Assembly: GCA_024402995.1 (NCBI GenBank)
Contig: JAKSSR010000001.1
Location: forward strand, 19,225 to 83,224
Length of the DNA: 64,000 nucleotides
Reading direction: 5' to 3'
Origin: Clostridia bacterium
GTDB lineage: Bacteria > Bacillota > Clostridia > Peptostreptococcales > Anaerovoracaceae
Each line of letters starts with the position of its first letter. Position 1 is the first letter of the stretch. The position numbers and the translations under genes were made by a program. Under the pieces are notes generated by a model. It had not been told where the DNA came from. It saw nothing but the letters and a program-made list of their open reading frames with translations, and ran no database searches. Shown piece by piece: positions 8,200 through 17,127 of this stretch.

Positions 8200-9260
8200 T
8201 TGGTGAGTTCCTCTTGATATGCCGTAAATTCAGCGTCATTGCAGTTTACGAAATGGCCTGGAGCGACCTCTCTCCAGGAGGGCTTGTCCACGGAATAATC
8301 GTGGTCTACTGCCGGTACGTAGGTTATACGCTTGCGCTGCTTCTCGTAATGGGGGTCGGGAAGGGGAATGGCTGAAAGGAGGCTCTTCGTATAGGGGTGA
8401 AGAGGATGCTTGAAGAGCTCTGATGCGTCTGCAAGCTCAACCATTTTTCCGAAGTACATGACGAGTATGCGGTTGGAGAAGTACTTGACTACGGACAGGT
8501 CATGGGCAATGAAGATAATGGTCAGGCCCATGGTGTTTCTCAGGTCGTTGAGAAGGTTGATGACCTGAGCCTGAATGGATACGTCAAGGGCAGATACCGG
8601 TTCGTCGGCAATGATCAGGGAGGGCTCCAGAACTATTGCTCTCGCTATGCCTATACGCTGACGCTGACCGCCGGAGAATTCGTGGGGATAGCGCTCCGCG
8701 TGCTCGGGGACCAGGCCTACCAGAGTAAGCATTTCAGTGACCTTTTTATCGATGTATTCCTTGTCGGTGATACCTCTGATGCGCAGACCCTCGGCGATGA
8801 TCTCGCGTACTGTCATGCGGGGGTCCAAAGATGCCACGGGATCCTGGAATATCATCTGCATTTTGTCCATAATGCCGGACTTGAGATCCCTTTTGACCTC
8901 TGCCTTATCTGCCGCCAGCTGTTTTTTCAGCTCTGACGCCAGCTGTGAGTTTCCTGCTGCTGCGGCTTCTTTGATCTGCTTCTTTGCCCAGGAAACGCCG
9001 GTCCCGATGTGATAACCGTCGAACCAGACATCTCCGCCTGTAGGCTCGTAAAGCTTGATAATAGTACGTCCGGTAGTGGTTTTACCGCAGCCGGATTCGC
9101 CTACGATACCCAGGACTTCGCCTTGTTTTACGTCAAAGCTGACGTTGTCGACAGCCTTCAGTTCTTCGCCGGAAAGCTTGAAGTACTGCTTCATATCCTT
9201 TACGCGGAGAAGAGGTTCATCGGGGCTTTTTCTTTTGCTTGGAATATTCTTTTCAGCCAT
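8196..9260 (-). CDS. oppF: Opp/Dpp-type peptide ABC transporter ATP-binding protein (OppF-like)
   Basis: Walker A GESGCGKTT, Q-loop MIFQDP, signature FSGGQRQR, Walker B IIADEPVSALD. It carries an extra A/K/E-rich stretch of about 45 aa (VSWAKKQIKEAAAAGNSQLASELKKQLAADKAEVKRDL) before the Q-loop. Confidence 0.9.
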   Translation of the reverse strand: MAEKNIPSKRKSPDEPLLRVKDMKQYFKLSGEELKAVDNVSFDVKQGEVLGIVGESGCGKTTTGRTIIKLYEPTGGDVWFDGYHIGTGVSWAKKQIKEAAAAGNSQLASELKKQLAADKAEVKRDLKSGIMDKMQMIFQDPVASLDPRMTVREIIAEGLRIRGITDKEYIDKKVTEMLTLVGLVPEHAERYPHEFSGGQRQRIGIARAIVLEPSLIIADEPVSALDVSIQAQVINLLNDLRNTMGLTIIFIAHDLSVVKYFSNRILVMYFGKMVELADASELFKHPLHPYTKSLLSAIPLPDPHYEKQRKRITYVPAVDHDYSVDKPSWREVAPGHFVNCNDAEFTAYQEELTK

Positions 9261-9263
9261 GAT

Positions 9264-11369
9264 TTATTCCTCCTTTCCGTACTGAGCCATTCTGGCAATA
9301 CGTTCGGTGACAAGCCTGGGAGGCTCGACCTTAGGCGCATCGGGATGAAGCAGCCAGGTCGCTGCCCAGTGGGTGTCCGTAATGGGGAACTTGGGAGGTT
9401 CTTCCTCGAAGTCTATTTCCATTGCGTACTTGTTTCTTACGGCAAAGGCATCACCAACAGGAGGATGGATCATGTTGGGCGGAGTGCCGGGAATGGCTTC
9501 CAGTCTGTCTGTGCTTTCCAGGTCCGGCATGGATGCCAGAAGGGCCCAGGTGTAGGGATGGCGCGGATCGTAGAACACTTCCTCGGAAGTACCGTATTCA
9601 ACGATCTTGCCTGCGTACATGACTGCGATCTTGTCTGCCATGTTGGCAACGACACCCAGGTCGTGGGTAATAAAGATAATGGAAAGATTTCTTTCCTTTT
9701 TAAGTTTGTTGATGAGTTCCAGTATCTGGGCCTGAATGGTTACGTCAAGAGCAGTGGTAGGCTCGTCGCAGATAAGAATATCGGGATTTGCCGCCAGTGC
9801 AATGGCAATGACTATACGCTGACGCATACCGCCTGAAAACTGGAAGGGGTACTGCTTGATCCTCTTTCTTGCCTCGGGAATGCCGACTTCTTCCATAAGG
9901 GAGATGGCTCTGGAATAGGCCATGCCCTGAGTTACCTTGTAAACCATCTTGCCTGCAGTCTTGCGCAGATGCTCGATCATTTCAACGGCCAGTTTTCTGA
10001 AGTCCAGATCTTCTGCCTTTTCAAGCCGGTTTTCGAAGTTTTCTCTTACTCTGACGCAGTCTGTAAGGATGTTGCTCTTCAGCAGCTCCATGTCCAGATT
10101 CTGCTTGGCGATCTTCTTTGTGTTGGAAATAGGATTGCCGGTTTTCTCAAGCTTTATGCCTTCTTCATAGCGATCGATGGCAATGCTTATGGCATTTCTG
10201 AAGGTGTAGGCGAGGGAATCTTTGCTGATGGACAGTTTGTCGATGGCTGCTTCAACGGCGTCACCGGCAAGCTTCATCTGTTTTCTTGCTTCGCCAACGC
10301 TGTATTGAGAAGAGAATACCTTTTCGGATTCCTTAAGGATTTCAACGGCTTTTTTCTGGTTTTCAACGGCTGCGGCGTGAGAGTAGCTGATAGCTGCTTC
10401 AACATTGCCGGTAAACTCATTGAGGAAATTGTCGTCCAGGTACTGTCTGAACTGGGCGTTCATGGGTTCGACTTCATTGGGGCGAAGCTTGGTGCCTGCG
10501 TCCTTGTAGAGCTTGTAGCCTATGGAGAACCAGTCGGGGGAGGGCTTTTCAAGGATGGGGACCATGGCCTCTTTAATTTCTTTGAGAGTGGCCGTAAGCT
10601 CAGTGGTTTCACCTGTCTTTACGTATGCCTTGTTCACAGCGAGGAGTTTTTCTCTCAGGGCGAGAACAGGGCTGTCCTTGGTGGTGACAAAGTCATGAAC
10701 AGAGGCCTTGATCTGGTCTGCCAGTTCAGTGACCTTGCGGCTGATGACCTTGGGCTTGCCGTCCAGTATGGCAATGAGAAGACCTTCGGTCTCGTCTGCC
10801 GCTGTCTGGGCTGCAGCAAGGGCATCGTCGTACTTGCGTTCATGACTGTTGGAGATCTTGGTGAAGGAGCGCAGAGTGTTCATCTGGTCCTTTACGTAGG
10901 CTGCCGCGTTTGGCTTTCCCTGAGCGGTAATGGCTTCGGTCATGGTCTTTTCAAGAAGAGCTGTACGGGTCTTGTATTCCTTTTCAGCGTCTTTTTGATT
11001 GGCCTTGCCGTTGAGTATCATAGCCTCGGTCAGCTGCCTGCCGATCTTCATGATGGGGTTAAGAGAGGAGAGGGGGTCCTGGAATATCATTGCGACGCGG
11101 TTGCCGCGAAGCTGGTGGAACTCCTCTTCGGAGATTTTCAGAAGGTCTTTGCCGTCGTAGAAGATCTCTCCGCCTTCGTTAATGGCGTTGCCTGCTTCAA
11201 TGCCCATAATGGCTCTTGCCGTGACTGACTTGCCTGAGCCGGATTCGCCGACTATGGCAAGAGTTTCTCCCTTTTCAAGGTCGAAGGAAATGTCTCTTAC
11301 TGCCTTAACGTTTCCGTTATAGGTACGGAAGGAAATGACCAGGTCTTTGACTTCAAGAATTTTGTCCAT
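9264..11369 (-). CDS. oppD: Opp/Dpp-type peptide ABC transporter ATP-binding protein (OppD-like) with large internal insertion
   Basis: 701 aa. Walker A GESGSGKS and Q-loop MIFQDP lie at aa 41-99. Signature FSGGMRQR and Walker B LICDEPTTALD appear only from aa 511. About 355 aa of A/E/K/L-rich sequence lies in between. Confidence 0.9.
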   Translation of the reverse strand: MDKILEVKDLVISFRTYNGNVKAVRDISFDLEKGETLAIVGESGSGKSVTARAIMGIEAGNAINEGGEIFYDGKDLLKISEEEFHQLRGNRVAMIFQDPLSSLNPIMKIGRQLTEAMILNGKANQKDAEKEYKTRTALLEKTMTEAITAQGKPNAAAYVKDQMNTLRSFTKISNSHERKYDDALAAAQTAADETEGLLIAILDGKPKVISRKVTELADQIKASVHDFVTTKDSPVLALREKLLAVNKAYVKTGETTELTATLKEIKEAMVPILEKPSPDWFSIGYKLYKDAGTKLRPNEVEPMNAQFRQYLDDNFLNEFTGNVEAAISYSHAAAVENQKKAVEILKESEKVFSSQYSVGEARKQMKLAGDAVEAAIDKLSISKDSLAYTFRNAISIAIDRYEEGIKLEKTGNPISNTKKIAKQNLDMELLKSNILTDCVRVRENFENRLEKAEDLDFRKLAVEMIEHLRKTAGKMVYKVTQGMAYSRAISLMEEVGIPEARKRIKQYPFQFSGGMRQRIVIAIALAANPDILICDEPTTALDVTIQAQILELINKLKKERNLSIIFITHDLGVVANMADKIAVMYAGKIVEYGTSEEVFYDPRHPYTWALLASMPDLESTDRLEAIPGTPPNMIHPPVGDAFAVRNKYAMEIDFEEEPPKFPITDTHWAATWLLHPDAPKVEPPRLVTERIARMAQYGKEE

Positions 11370-11370
11370 A

Positions 11371-12930
11371 TTAGTCTTCTCCTCCTCTCAGTGTCGGGTT
11401 GAATGCGTCTCGCAGTCCGTTGCCGAAGAGATTGAAGGAAATCATCAGCAGGGAAATTGCCAGAGCCGGGAACAGTATGATGTGGGGATAGGTGGACAGG
11501 TAGCCCTGGCCGTCGCCGAGCATGGTACCGAGAGAGGTAAGGGTCCTGCTGTTGAAGTTGTAGATTCCCAGGAAGGAAAGGGTCGACTCGCTGAGAATTA
11601 CGGAAGGAATGTCCAAAGCGCAGGCTGTGACTATGGTCCCGAGAGCGTTGGGCAGAATATGCTTGAACATGAGTCTGCCGTCCTTGGCGCCCAGAGTTCT
11701 GGCGGCCAGAATGTATTCCTGGTTCTTGAACCTGTAGAACTGGGTCCTTACAAGATAAGCCTGGCCTATCCAGCCGGTCAGGAAGTAGGCGAAGACCAGA
11801 CCGCCGAAGGCACTCATCTTGCCTGTATTGACCATGTGCAGCTTGACCAGAACGCAGGAAACGATAAAGGGTATGCCGCTTATAATGTCCGAAATACGTT
11901 CGCCTATAAGGTCCACAGCTCCGCCGTAGTAGCCTTCAATGGCGCCGTAGATGGTTCCCACAAGGAAGTTGACCAGGGAAACGGCAATGGACAGCAGGAA
12001 GGAGAGGCGAAGGCCGCTGGCGATCCTGACCAGAATATCGTATCCGGTGGGGTCAGCGCCAAGAAGGAATTCCGGAGCGTGGCCGTTGCGATACTGGTAG
12101 TAGTTGTAGTAGAGGACGCGGACGGTTCTCATATTGGAGTCTCTCTGCATATAGTCCATTATGTTGCCGTCGCCGTCTCTCAGGTAGTTGTCGATTAGGC
12201 CGTTTTCCATGACGTCCGCAACTTCCATCTTCTTGCCTTTTTCGTTGACCGGCCACTGCTTTGCGTTGTGGCGGTACCAGTAGTTGGCGTCATCGCGGTT
12301 GTATTCGTCGCACCACTCACCGTAGATGTTGATCATGGGGTAGATGGCCCTGATGCCGCTTTCAGCCTCCCAGGCTTTGATGTCGTTGTATTGATCCTCT
12401 GTAAGTGACAGGTACTGGAAACCCATCTCCATGTAGGAGTCAACTCTTGCGTCTCGGTAGGTATTGCCTTCGGCAGAGTATTCATCACCTATGGATATTA
12501 TGGCGCCATACTGGCTCTCGATTCCGTCGGACCACTGACAGCCTTCGCCCTCAGTGTCCTCGGCACCCATGCCTATACCCATTATGTAAATGAGATACTT
12601 GTCGTTGAGCTTCTTGTTATATCCGCCGTCCCAGAAGCCGTTGATGTTGAGAGCTCTGTTAATTGGGCGGCATTTTGCGTAGGTACCGTTGGCTTCGCTC
12701 ATTTCGTACTTGGTAATGAAAGGGCCTATGAAGGCGAAAAGGAGCAGGCACGCGATGATGATGGCTGCAACAACAGAGCTCTTGTTCTTGCAGAATCTTC
12801 TCCAGGCGTCCTTGAAGAAGCCTACCGGTTTTGTTTCGAATTTAACGTCGTGGATATCCGCATCCTTCTGGACCAGGCGGAACTTGGAGGCAGGAATATC
12901 CGGAATTACGAAGTTCTTGATATCTGCCAT
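11371..12930 (-). CDS. oppC: Opp/Dpp-type ABC permease (OppC-like) with large extracytoplasmic loop
   Basis: The track ORF 11371..13044 overlaps oppB. I place the start at the internal ATG 12930 (MADIKNF...), 1 nt after the oppB TAA and with a GGGAGAAAG SD. The C-terminal half is a typical BPD-type permease. A loop of about 245 aa follows TM1. Confidence 0.85.
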   Translation of the reverse strand: MADIKNFVIPDIPASKFRLVQKDADIHDVKFETKPVGFFKDAWRRFCKNKSSVVAAIIIACLLLFAFIGPFITKYEMSEANGTYAKCRPINRALNINGFWDGGYNKKLNDKYLIYIMGIGMGAEDTEGEGCQWSDGIESQYGAIISIGDEYSAEGNTYRDARVDSYMEMGFQYLSLTEDQYNDIKAWEAESGIRAIYPMINIYGEWCDEYNRDDANYWYRHNAKQWPVNEKGKKMEVADVMENGLIDNYLRDGDGNIMDYMQRDSNMRTVRVLYYNYYQYRNGHAPEFLLGADPTGYDILVRIASGLRLSFLLSIAVSLVNFLVGTIYGAIEGYYGGAVDLIGERISDIISGIPFIVSCVLVKLHMVNTGKMSAFGGLVFAYFLTGWIGQAYLVRTQFYRFKNQEYILAARTLGAKDGRLMFKHILPNALGTIVTACALDIPSVILSESTLSFLGIYNFNSRTLTSLGTMLGDGQGYLSTYPHIILFPALAISLLMISFNLFGNGLRDAFNPTLRGGED

Positions 12931-12931
12931 G

Positions 12932-13897
12932 TTATCTTTCTCCCATTCTGATTCTCGGATCAAGGAATCCGTAACTGAGGTCGATGACGATGGTGCTTGC
13001 GAGACCGATGATGCAGTAGAACATACTGGTTGCCATGAAGACATCGTAATCGAGAGTCGTAATGCTCTGGAGATAGAGTTTGCCTATGCCGTTGATGCCG
13101 AAGATGGTCTCTGTGAGCATTGCGCCGCCCAGAATACCCAGTATCATGCCCAGAATTCTGGGAAGAATGGGGACCATGGCGTTTTTCATGGCATGGCGGG
13201 AAATTGCCTGGGACTTGGTAAGTCCCTTGGTTCTTGCAAGAAGCATATAGTCGCTGGTGAGAGCTTCCGTCAGCTCTGCTCTGGTCATACGGGTGAGACC
13301 CGCAATGGAACCGAAGGAGAGGGACAGGACGGGAAGGACCATGGACTTGAGCATGACCTTGGAGAACCATTTGCCCCCGGCGTCGTACAGGGATGACATA
13401 ATGAGGGGGAACCACCCCAGCTTAAAGCCGAGAAGGTATTGGAGCAGAAAAGCATAGACAAAGACCGGAACCGATATGAAGAGCATAATGATTATTGAGA
13501 TAAGGTGGTCCTGCCATTTGTTTTTCTTGATGGCCGCGAAAACTCCCAGGATGATGCCCACGGGAATGGATATCAGAAGCTCCAGAGAGTTGATGATGAC
13601 AGTGGGAGGCAGTCTCTTGATGATGACTGACGCTGCGGGCTGGAAGTAGTCGATCTTCCAGGATGTGCCCCAGTCCCACTTGGTAAAGATATTCTTAAGA
13701 TAAATTGCGTATTGCACCATAATGGGCTTGTTCCAGCCGAGAGCTTCGCGGCGTGCCCGCTCTGCTTCGGCCTGATTGCCCATCATCGGCAGCTCCGGTT
13801 CAAGGAGCTTTATAAGAACAAAACAGATCGTCATGATGATGAATGCAGTTACCAGCATGAGACCTATTCTCTTCAACACATACTTAAACGTAGACAT
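12932..13897 (-). CDS. oppB: Opp/Dpp-type ABC permease (OppB-like)
   Basis: 321 aa with the typical N-terminus MSTFKYVLKRIGLMLVTAFIIMTICFVLIKLLEP and six hydrophobic segments. It sits between the binding-protein and OppC genes. Confidence 0.9.
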   Translation of the reverse strand: MSTFKYVLKRIGLMLVTAFIIMTICFVLIKLLEPELPMMGNQAEAERARREALGWNKPIMVQYAIYLKNIFTKWDWGTSWKIDYFQPAASVIIKRLPPTVIINSLELLISIPVGIILGVFAAIKKNKWQDHLISIIIMLFISVPVFVYAFLLQYLLGFKLGWFPLIMSSLYDAGGKWFSKVMLKSMVLPVLSLSFGSIAGLTRMTRAELTEALTSDYMLLARTKGLTKSQAISRHAMKNAMVPILPRILGMILGILGGAMLTETIFGINGIGKLYLQSITTLDYDVFMATSMFYCIIGLASTIVIDLSYGFLDPRIRMGER

Positions 13898-13920
13898 TCA
13901 ATTCACCTGCTGCAGTTTAG

Positions 13921-13951
13921 GAAAATCCCGGGCGGATAACCCGCCCGGGAT
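13921..13951 (-). terminator. Intercistronic GC-rich hairpin / partial terminator between oppA and oppB
   Basis: Minus strand reads ATCCCGGGCGG-GTTAT-CCGCCCGGGAT (11-bp perfect stem) followed by TTTTCC. It lies 40 nt after the oppA stop and 24 nt before the oppB ATG. Confidence 0.6.
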
Positions 13952-13990
13952 TGATTCTATGTGGGTCGGAAACCTTTGTGGGGCAGGGCT

Positions 13991-16486
13991 CTATTCGTAA
14001 TTGAGGGAGCCGCCCTGAGAGGCTACGTAATCAGCCCATTCTGCGTCGGTGTAGTTATAAGTCATAAGACGGATTCCGCCGTAACCGTACATGATGTTGT
14101 AATCGTAAGTAGCGAATTCAACCTTCTTGGAGTACATTGCGGGGAGGATCTCCATGCCCCAGGGGATGCACTGATAAGTGGCGAGGATGCCGCTTTCAAG
14201 CTGGGAGAGGATGGTCATGCAGAGATCCGGATCGTTTGCATAGAGGTTTGCATCGTTGATGGAGTCGCCCCAGTATGCGAAGGTGTTTTCGGTTTCTTCT
14301 TCAACGCCGTCGCCGTCAAGGTCTGCCTTGACAACGAGAATCTCCTTTGAGGGATCCCAACCGCAGGATTCGTGGATCTTTGCCAGGCCGCCCATGTAAT
14401 CGGGGGAGCAGTAAACACGAATGGTACTGAAGGGGTAGAATGCTGCGCCGCCCCATGCGCCTCTGATCATTTCGACTCTGCCGAGAGCAACGTCGTCATA
14501 TCTGGAGGTGGAGCCGCTGGTGAAGGTAAAGGTGATCTTTCCTTCGAAGCCGGTACCCTTGGTAGCTTCTGCTACGAAGTCGTTGAGCAGGTTCTGCTGC
14601 ATGGTATCGTCGGAGGAAAGGGTGCTTGCTGCGGAGCACATGCAGGTGATGTGGATCTCCTGACCGTCGGTGTAGTTGCCGTCGGCGATGGCCTGTTCGT
14701 AGACCTTCCGGAAGAGCTCCTTGGCCTTGGGAACATCGTAACCGGTGACTGCGTTGTATGCGTCGTCAACAGTTGCATAGGGAGTACCGCTGCCGTATTC
14801 GATGCCGTAGAGGCGGAGAACTGCTTCCTTAGCTTCGGTGGTGTTTCTGTACTGAGATTCGGAGTTGTTTTCGATATCGTAGTAGTACAGGTAGTTCAGC
14901 AGGTAGTATGCGGGCTTGTAAGCGGGGGATGCTTCCTTGCAGAAGCGGGCTCTGTCCATGGAGAGGGAGATAGCTTCTCTGAACTCATCATAGTAGAGGA
15001 CCTTCTTGTTTGCGCCGTCGTTTGCTTCGTCTTCAAGTGCTGCGAGTGCATTGAGATCGGATGCGAAGATGTAGCGGAAGGTGTAGGTCTGGTCAGTCTT
15101 GTAGAGGTTGTCAGACATACGGTAGGTAGTGGTCTGATCGGAGGTGAGTTCGATATCGTCAAGGTCGCCCTTGAGGAACATTTCAAGCTTGGTGTTTTCG
15201 TCGGTGATGATGTTGTAGATGATTCTGGTGGTCTGATACTGACCTTCGTGCTTGCCGTCGGTCCAGCCGTACCAGTTTTCGTTCTTTTCGAGAACGTACT
15301 GCTTGTCCTTTTCAAAGTTTACAAGCTTGTAGGGTCCGCAGCTGATGGTGGTTGCAAGGTCGGTTGCGTAAGTGGTAGCAACAAGGCCTTCGACCTGGGA
15401 CTTGCCTGCCTCGTAAAGAGGTTCGTAAACGAGCCAGTTAGAGGTGAGGGAAGTGAGCATGTAGAACTTGGTCACGGGGTTTTCGTTGATGTAGATGAGG
15501 GTGTAGTCATCTTCTGCGTAGAGACCTACGGTATCCCAGGTGACTTCGGGATACTGTTCATCGTAGATCATGTAAGCGGGCAGATCATCTTCAGTTTCGC
15601 CCCAGTTGGGGTTGTTGGTGGTAATGGGTGCGAAGAGTTCATAGGACTCATCGGTGAGGGGAACGAGGCCTTCTTCGTCCATGAGAGCGACCAGTTCATC
15701 CCAGGTGGTGACGTCGAAATAATCTTCGCCGTATGCGTCAACGTAATCATAGAGGGTGTCGCCGCCGAGCCATTCGTCAAGAGCGTAGCCTACTGCGAAG
15801 TAGACCTTGCCGCCGTCGGGAGTGGTATAGACGCCGTCTTCGCCCTTGACCAGGTCTTCCATGGTGTAGTAGGCGTTGGCTGCGTTTTCAGCGTGAGCGA
15901 TTTTGCCGGAATACATGTAAGCCTTGGCGCCTACGATAGCGGTGTCGGAACCGGTGTAGTAGCTGTTAGCTCTGTAGTTCATCATTTCGGGAGCAAGTAA
16001 CTGCTGCATGGAGTAGACGTAGTCGTTGGCATCGATCTTGGTGCCGTCCTGCCAGGTGCAGTCGGGGTTGAGGGTGATTCTATAAACACGACCTGTTTCG
16101 CCGTCTTCGATTCCCCACTTTGCCTTATCGGCAAAGGTATCGGTAATATCGTCGACTGCGGTCGCCATTTCGTAGACCCATTCAAAGTTTACGCCGTCTT
16201 CCGCAATGGTAAGGTCAATGAGACCGGGGGTGCAGTAACTAAGCAGAATATCATCGGAATTCATTTCCCATGCGTGAGGATTCCAGTTGAGGGGTGTTGC
16301 AGAGTCTGCAAGGTTGTAGGTGTATTCAGCCTCTTCAACTTCCGCGGCGGGGTCTGTCGGGGTTTCAGTTGTGGTAGGTTCTTCTGTCGTTGTGGCTGCG
16401 GGTTCTTCTGTCTTTCCGCATGCTGCCATGGAGATCACCATAGCGAGGGCCAGAACAATAGAAAGCATCTTTTTTAGATTCTTCAT
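13991..16486 (-). CDS. oppA: Peptide ABC transporter substrate-binding lipoprotein (family 5, OppA-like), oversized
   Basis: 831 aa with lipoprotein signal MKNLKKMLSIVLALAMVISMAACGK, then a T/E/P-rich linker. First gene of the oppABCDF-order operon. Confidence 0.85.
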   Translation of the reverse strand: MKNLKKMLSIVLALAMVISMAACGKTEEPAATTTEEPTTTETPTDPAAEVEEAEYTYNLADSATPLNWNPHAWEMNSDDILLSYCTPGLIDLTIAEDGVNFEWVYEMATAVDDITDTFADKAKWGIEDGETGRVYRITLNPDCTWQDGTKIDANDYVYSMQQLLAPEMMNYRANSYYTGSDTAIVGAKAYMYSGKIAHAENAANAYYTMEDLVKGEDGVYTTPDGGKVYFAVGYALDEWLGGDTLYDYVDAYGEDYFDVTTWDELVALMDEEGLVPLTDESYELFAPITTNNPNWGETEDDLPAYMIYDEQYPEVTWDTVGLYAEDDYTLIYINENPVTKFYMLTSLTSNWLVYEPLYEAGKSQVEGLVATTYATDLATTISCGPYKLVNFEKDKQYVLEKNENWYGWTDGKHEGQYQTTRIIYNIITDENTKLEMFLKGDLDDIELTSDQTTTYRMSDNLYKTDQTYTFRYIFASDLNALAALEDEANDGANKKVLYYDEFREAISLSMDRARFCKEASPAYKPAYYLLNYLYYYDIENNSESQYRNTTEAKEAVLRLYGIEYGSGTPYATVDDAYNAVTGYDVPKAKELFRKVYEQAIADGNYTDGQEIHITCMCSAASTLSSDDTMQQNLLNDFVAEATKGTGFEGKITFTFTSGSTSRYDDVALGRVEMIRGAWGGAAFYPFSTIRVYCSPDYMGGLAKIHESCGWDPSKEILVVKADLDGDGVEEETENTFAYWGDSINDANLYANDPDLCMTILSQLESGILATYQCIPWGMEILPAMYSKKVEFATYDYNIMYGYGGIRLMTYNYTDAEWADYVASQGGSLNYE

Positions 16487-16556
16487 CTTATTCCTCCTAA
16501 CTTATAACTTCCCACTTTCAGACGCTGAATTGCGTTTGAACGTTATGGTTGATACT

Positions 16557-16585
16557 AATTTAGCATACACAGTGTTTTTTTTCAA
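16557..16585 (-). promoter_or_regulatory. Candidate sigma-A promoter of the opp operon
   Basis: Minus strand reads TTGAAA, 17-nt spacer, TAAATT, about 70 nt upstream of the oppA ATG. Confidence 0.4.
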
Positions 16586-16608
16586 CCAATAATATAGTAA
16601 TAATTACT

Positions 16609-16640
16609 AAAAAAGACCCTTCCCGCAATGGGAAGAGTCT
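16609..16640 (-). terminator. Intrinsic terminator after ybaK
   Basis: Minus strand reads AGACTCTTCCC-ATTGC-GGGAAGGGTCT (11-bp stem, one mismatch) followed by TTTTTAG. Confidence 0.7.
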
Positions 16641-16653
16641 TAGGCGCAAGCCT

Positions 16654-17127
16654 TTAAATTTCAGGGATTGAGGATACGTCTACCCAGCCTTTTGAAGAGG
16701 ACAGCTGCTCCAGTTCATGTATGCTCAGTCTGACGGCGCTGGCCGCGTTGCCGCAAGCAGGATACACGGTGTCAAATCTGCGGAGGGACTGGTCCATGTA
16801 AACGTCTACGCCTGGGTTGATGCCGAAGGGGCAGACACCGCCTACGTCGTGACCTATGAGTAAGGTGACTTCTTCTCTTGAAAGCATTGTTGCTTTAGTT
16901 TTGAAATGAGCCTTGAACTTGCTGTTGGAAACTTTTGCATCTCCGGCGAATAAAACCATAATCGGAGTTCCGTTAACCTTGAACGTCAATGATTTGCATA
17001 TCTTTTCAGGTTCTGTCCCTACGGCGACTGCCGCAAGTTCTACCGTTGCGCTGGATACGTCAAAGGTGAGGACCCTGTCTCCGAAGCCTTTTTCGTCCAG
17101 GTACTGTTTTGCTTTATCGAATGCCAT
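16654..17127 (-). CDS. ybaK: YbaK/EbsC-family aminoacyl-tRNA deacylase (trans-editing)
   Basis: 157 aa. KSLTFKVNGTPIMVLFAGDAKVSNSKF...GHDVGGVCPFG matches the YbaK/ProX-type editing domain pattern. Confidence 0.75.
   Translation of the reverse strand: MAFDKAKQYLDEKGFGDRVLTFDVSSATVELAAVAVGTEPEKICKSLTFKVNGTPIMVLFAGDAKVSNSKFKAHFKTKATMLSREEVTLLIGHDVGGVCPFGINPGVDVYMDQSLRRFDTVYPACGNAASAVRLSIHELEQLSSSKGWVDVSSIPEI

Noticed and set aside
14372-16000. Other long antisense ORFs: 14372..16000 over oppA, 9969..11228 over oppD, 57938..58918 and 58872..59972 over rnfC/rnfD, 21105..22205 over the serine hydrolase, 48231..49175 over cpaF, 33899..34696 over the TIM-barrel gene, and 38402..39004 over the aminotransferase.
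   Set aside because: Each overlaps a sense gene with clear family motifs and a proper SD and start. The antisense products are compositionally odd and lack start signals. I treat them as shadow ORFs.
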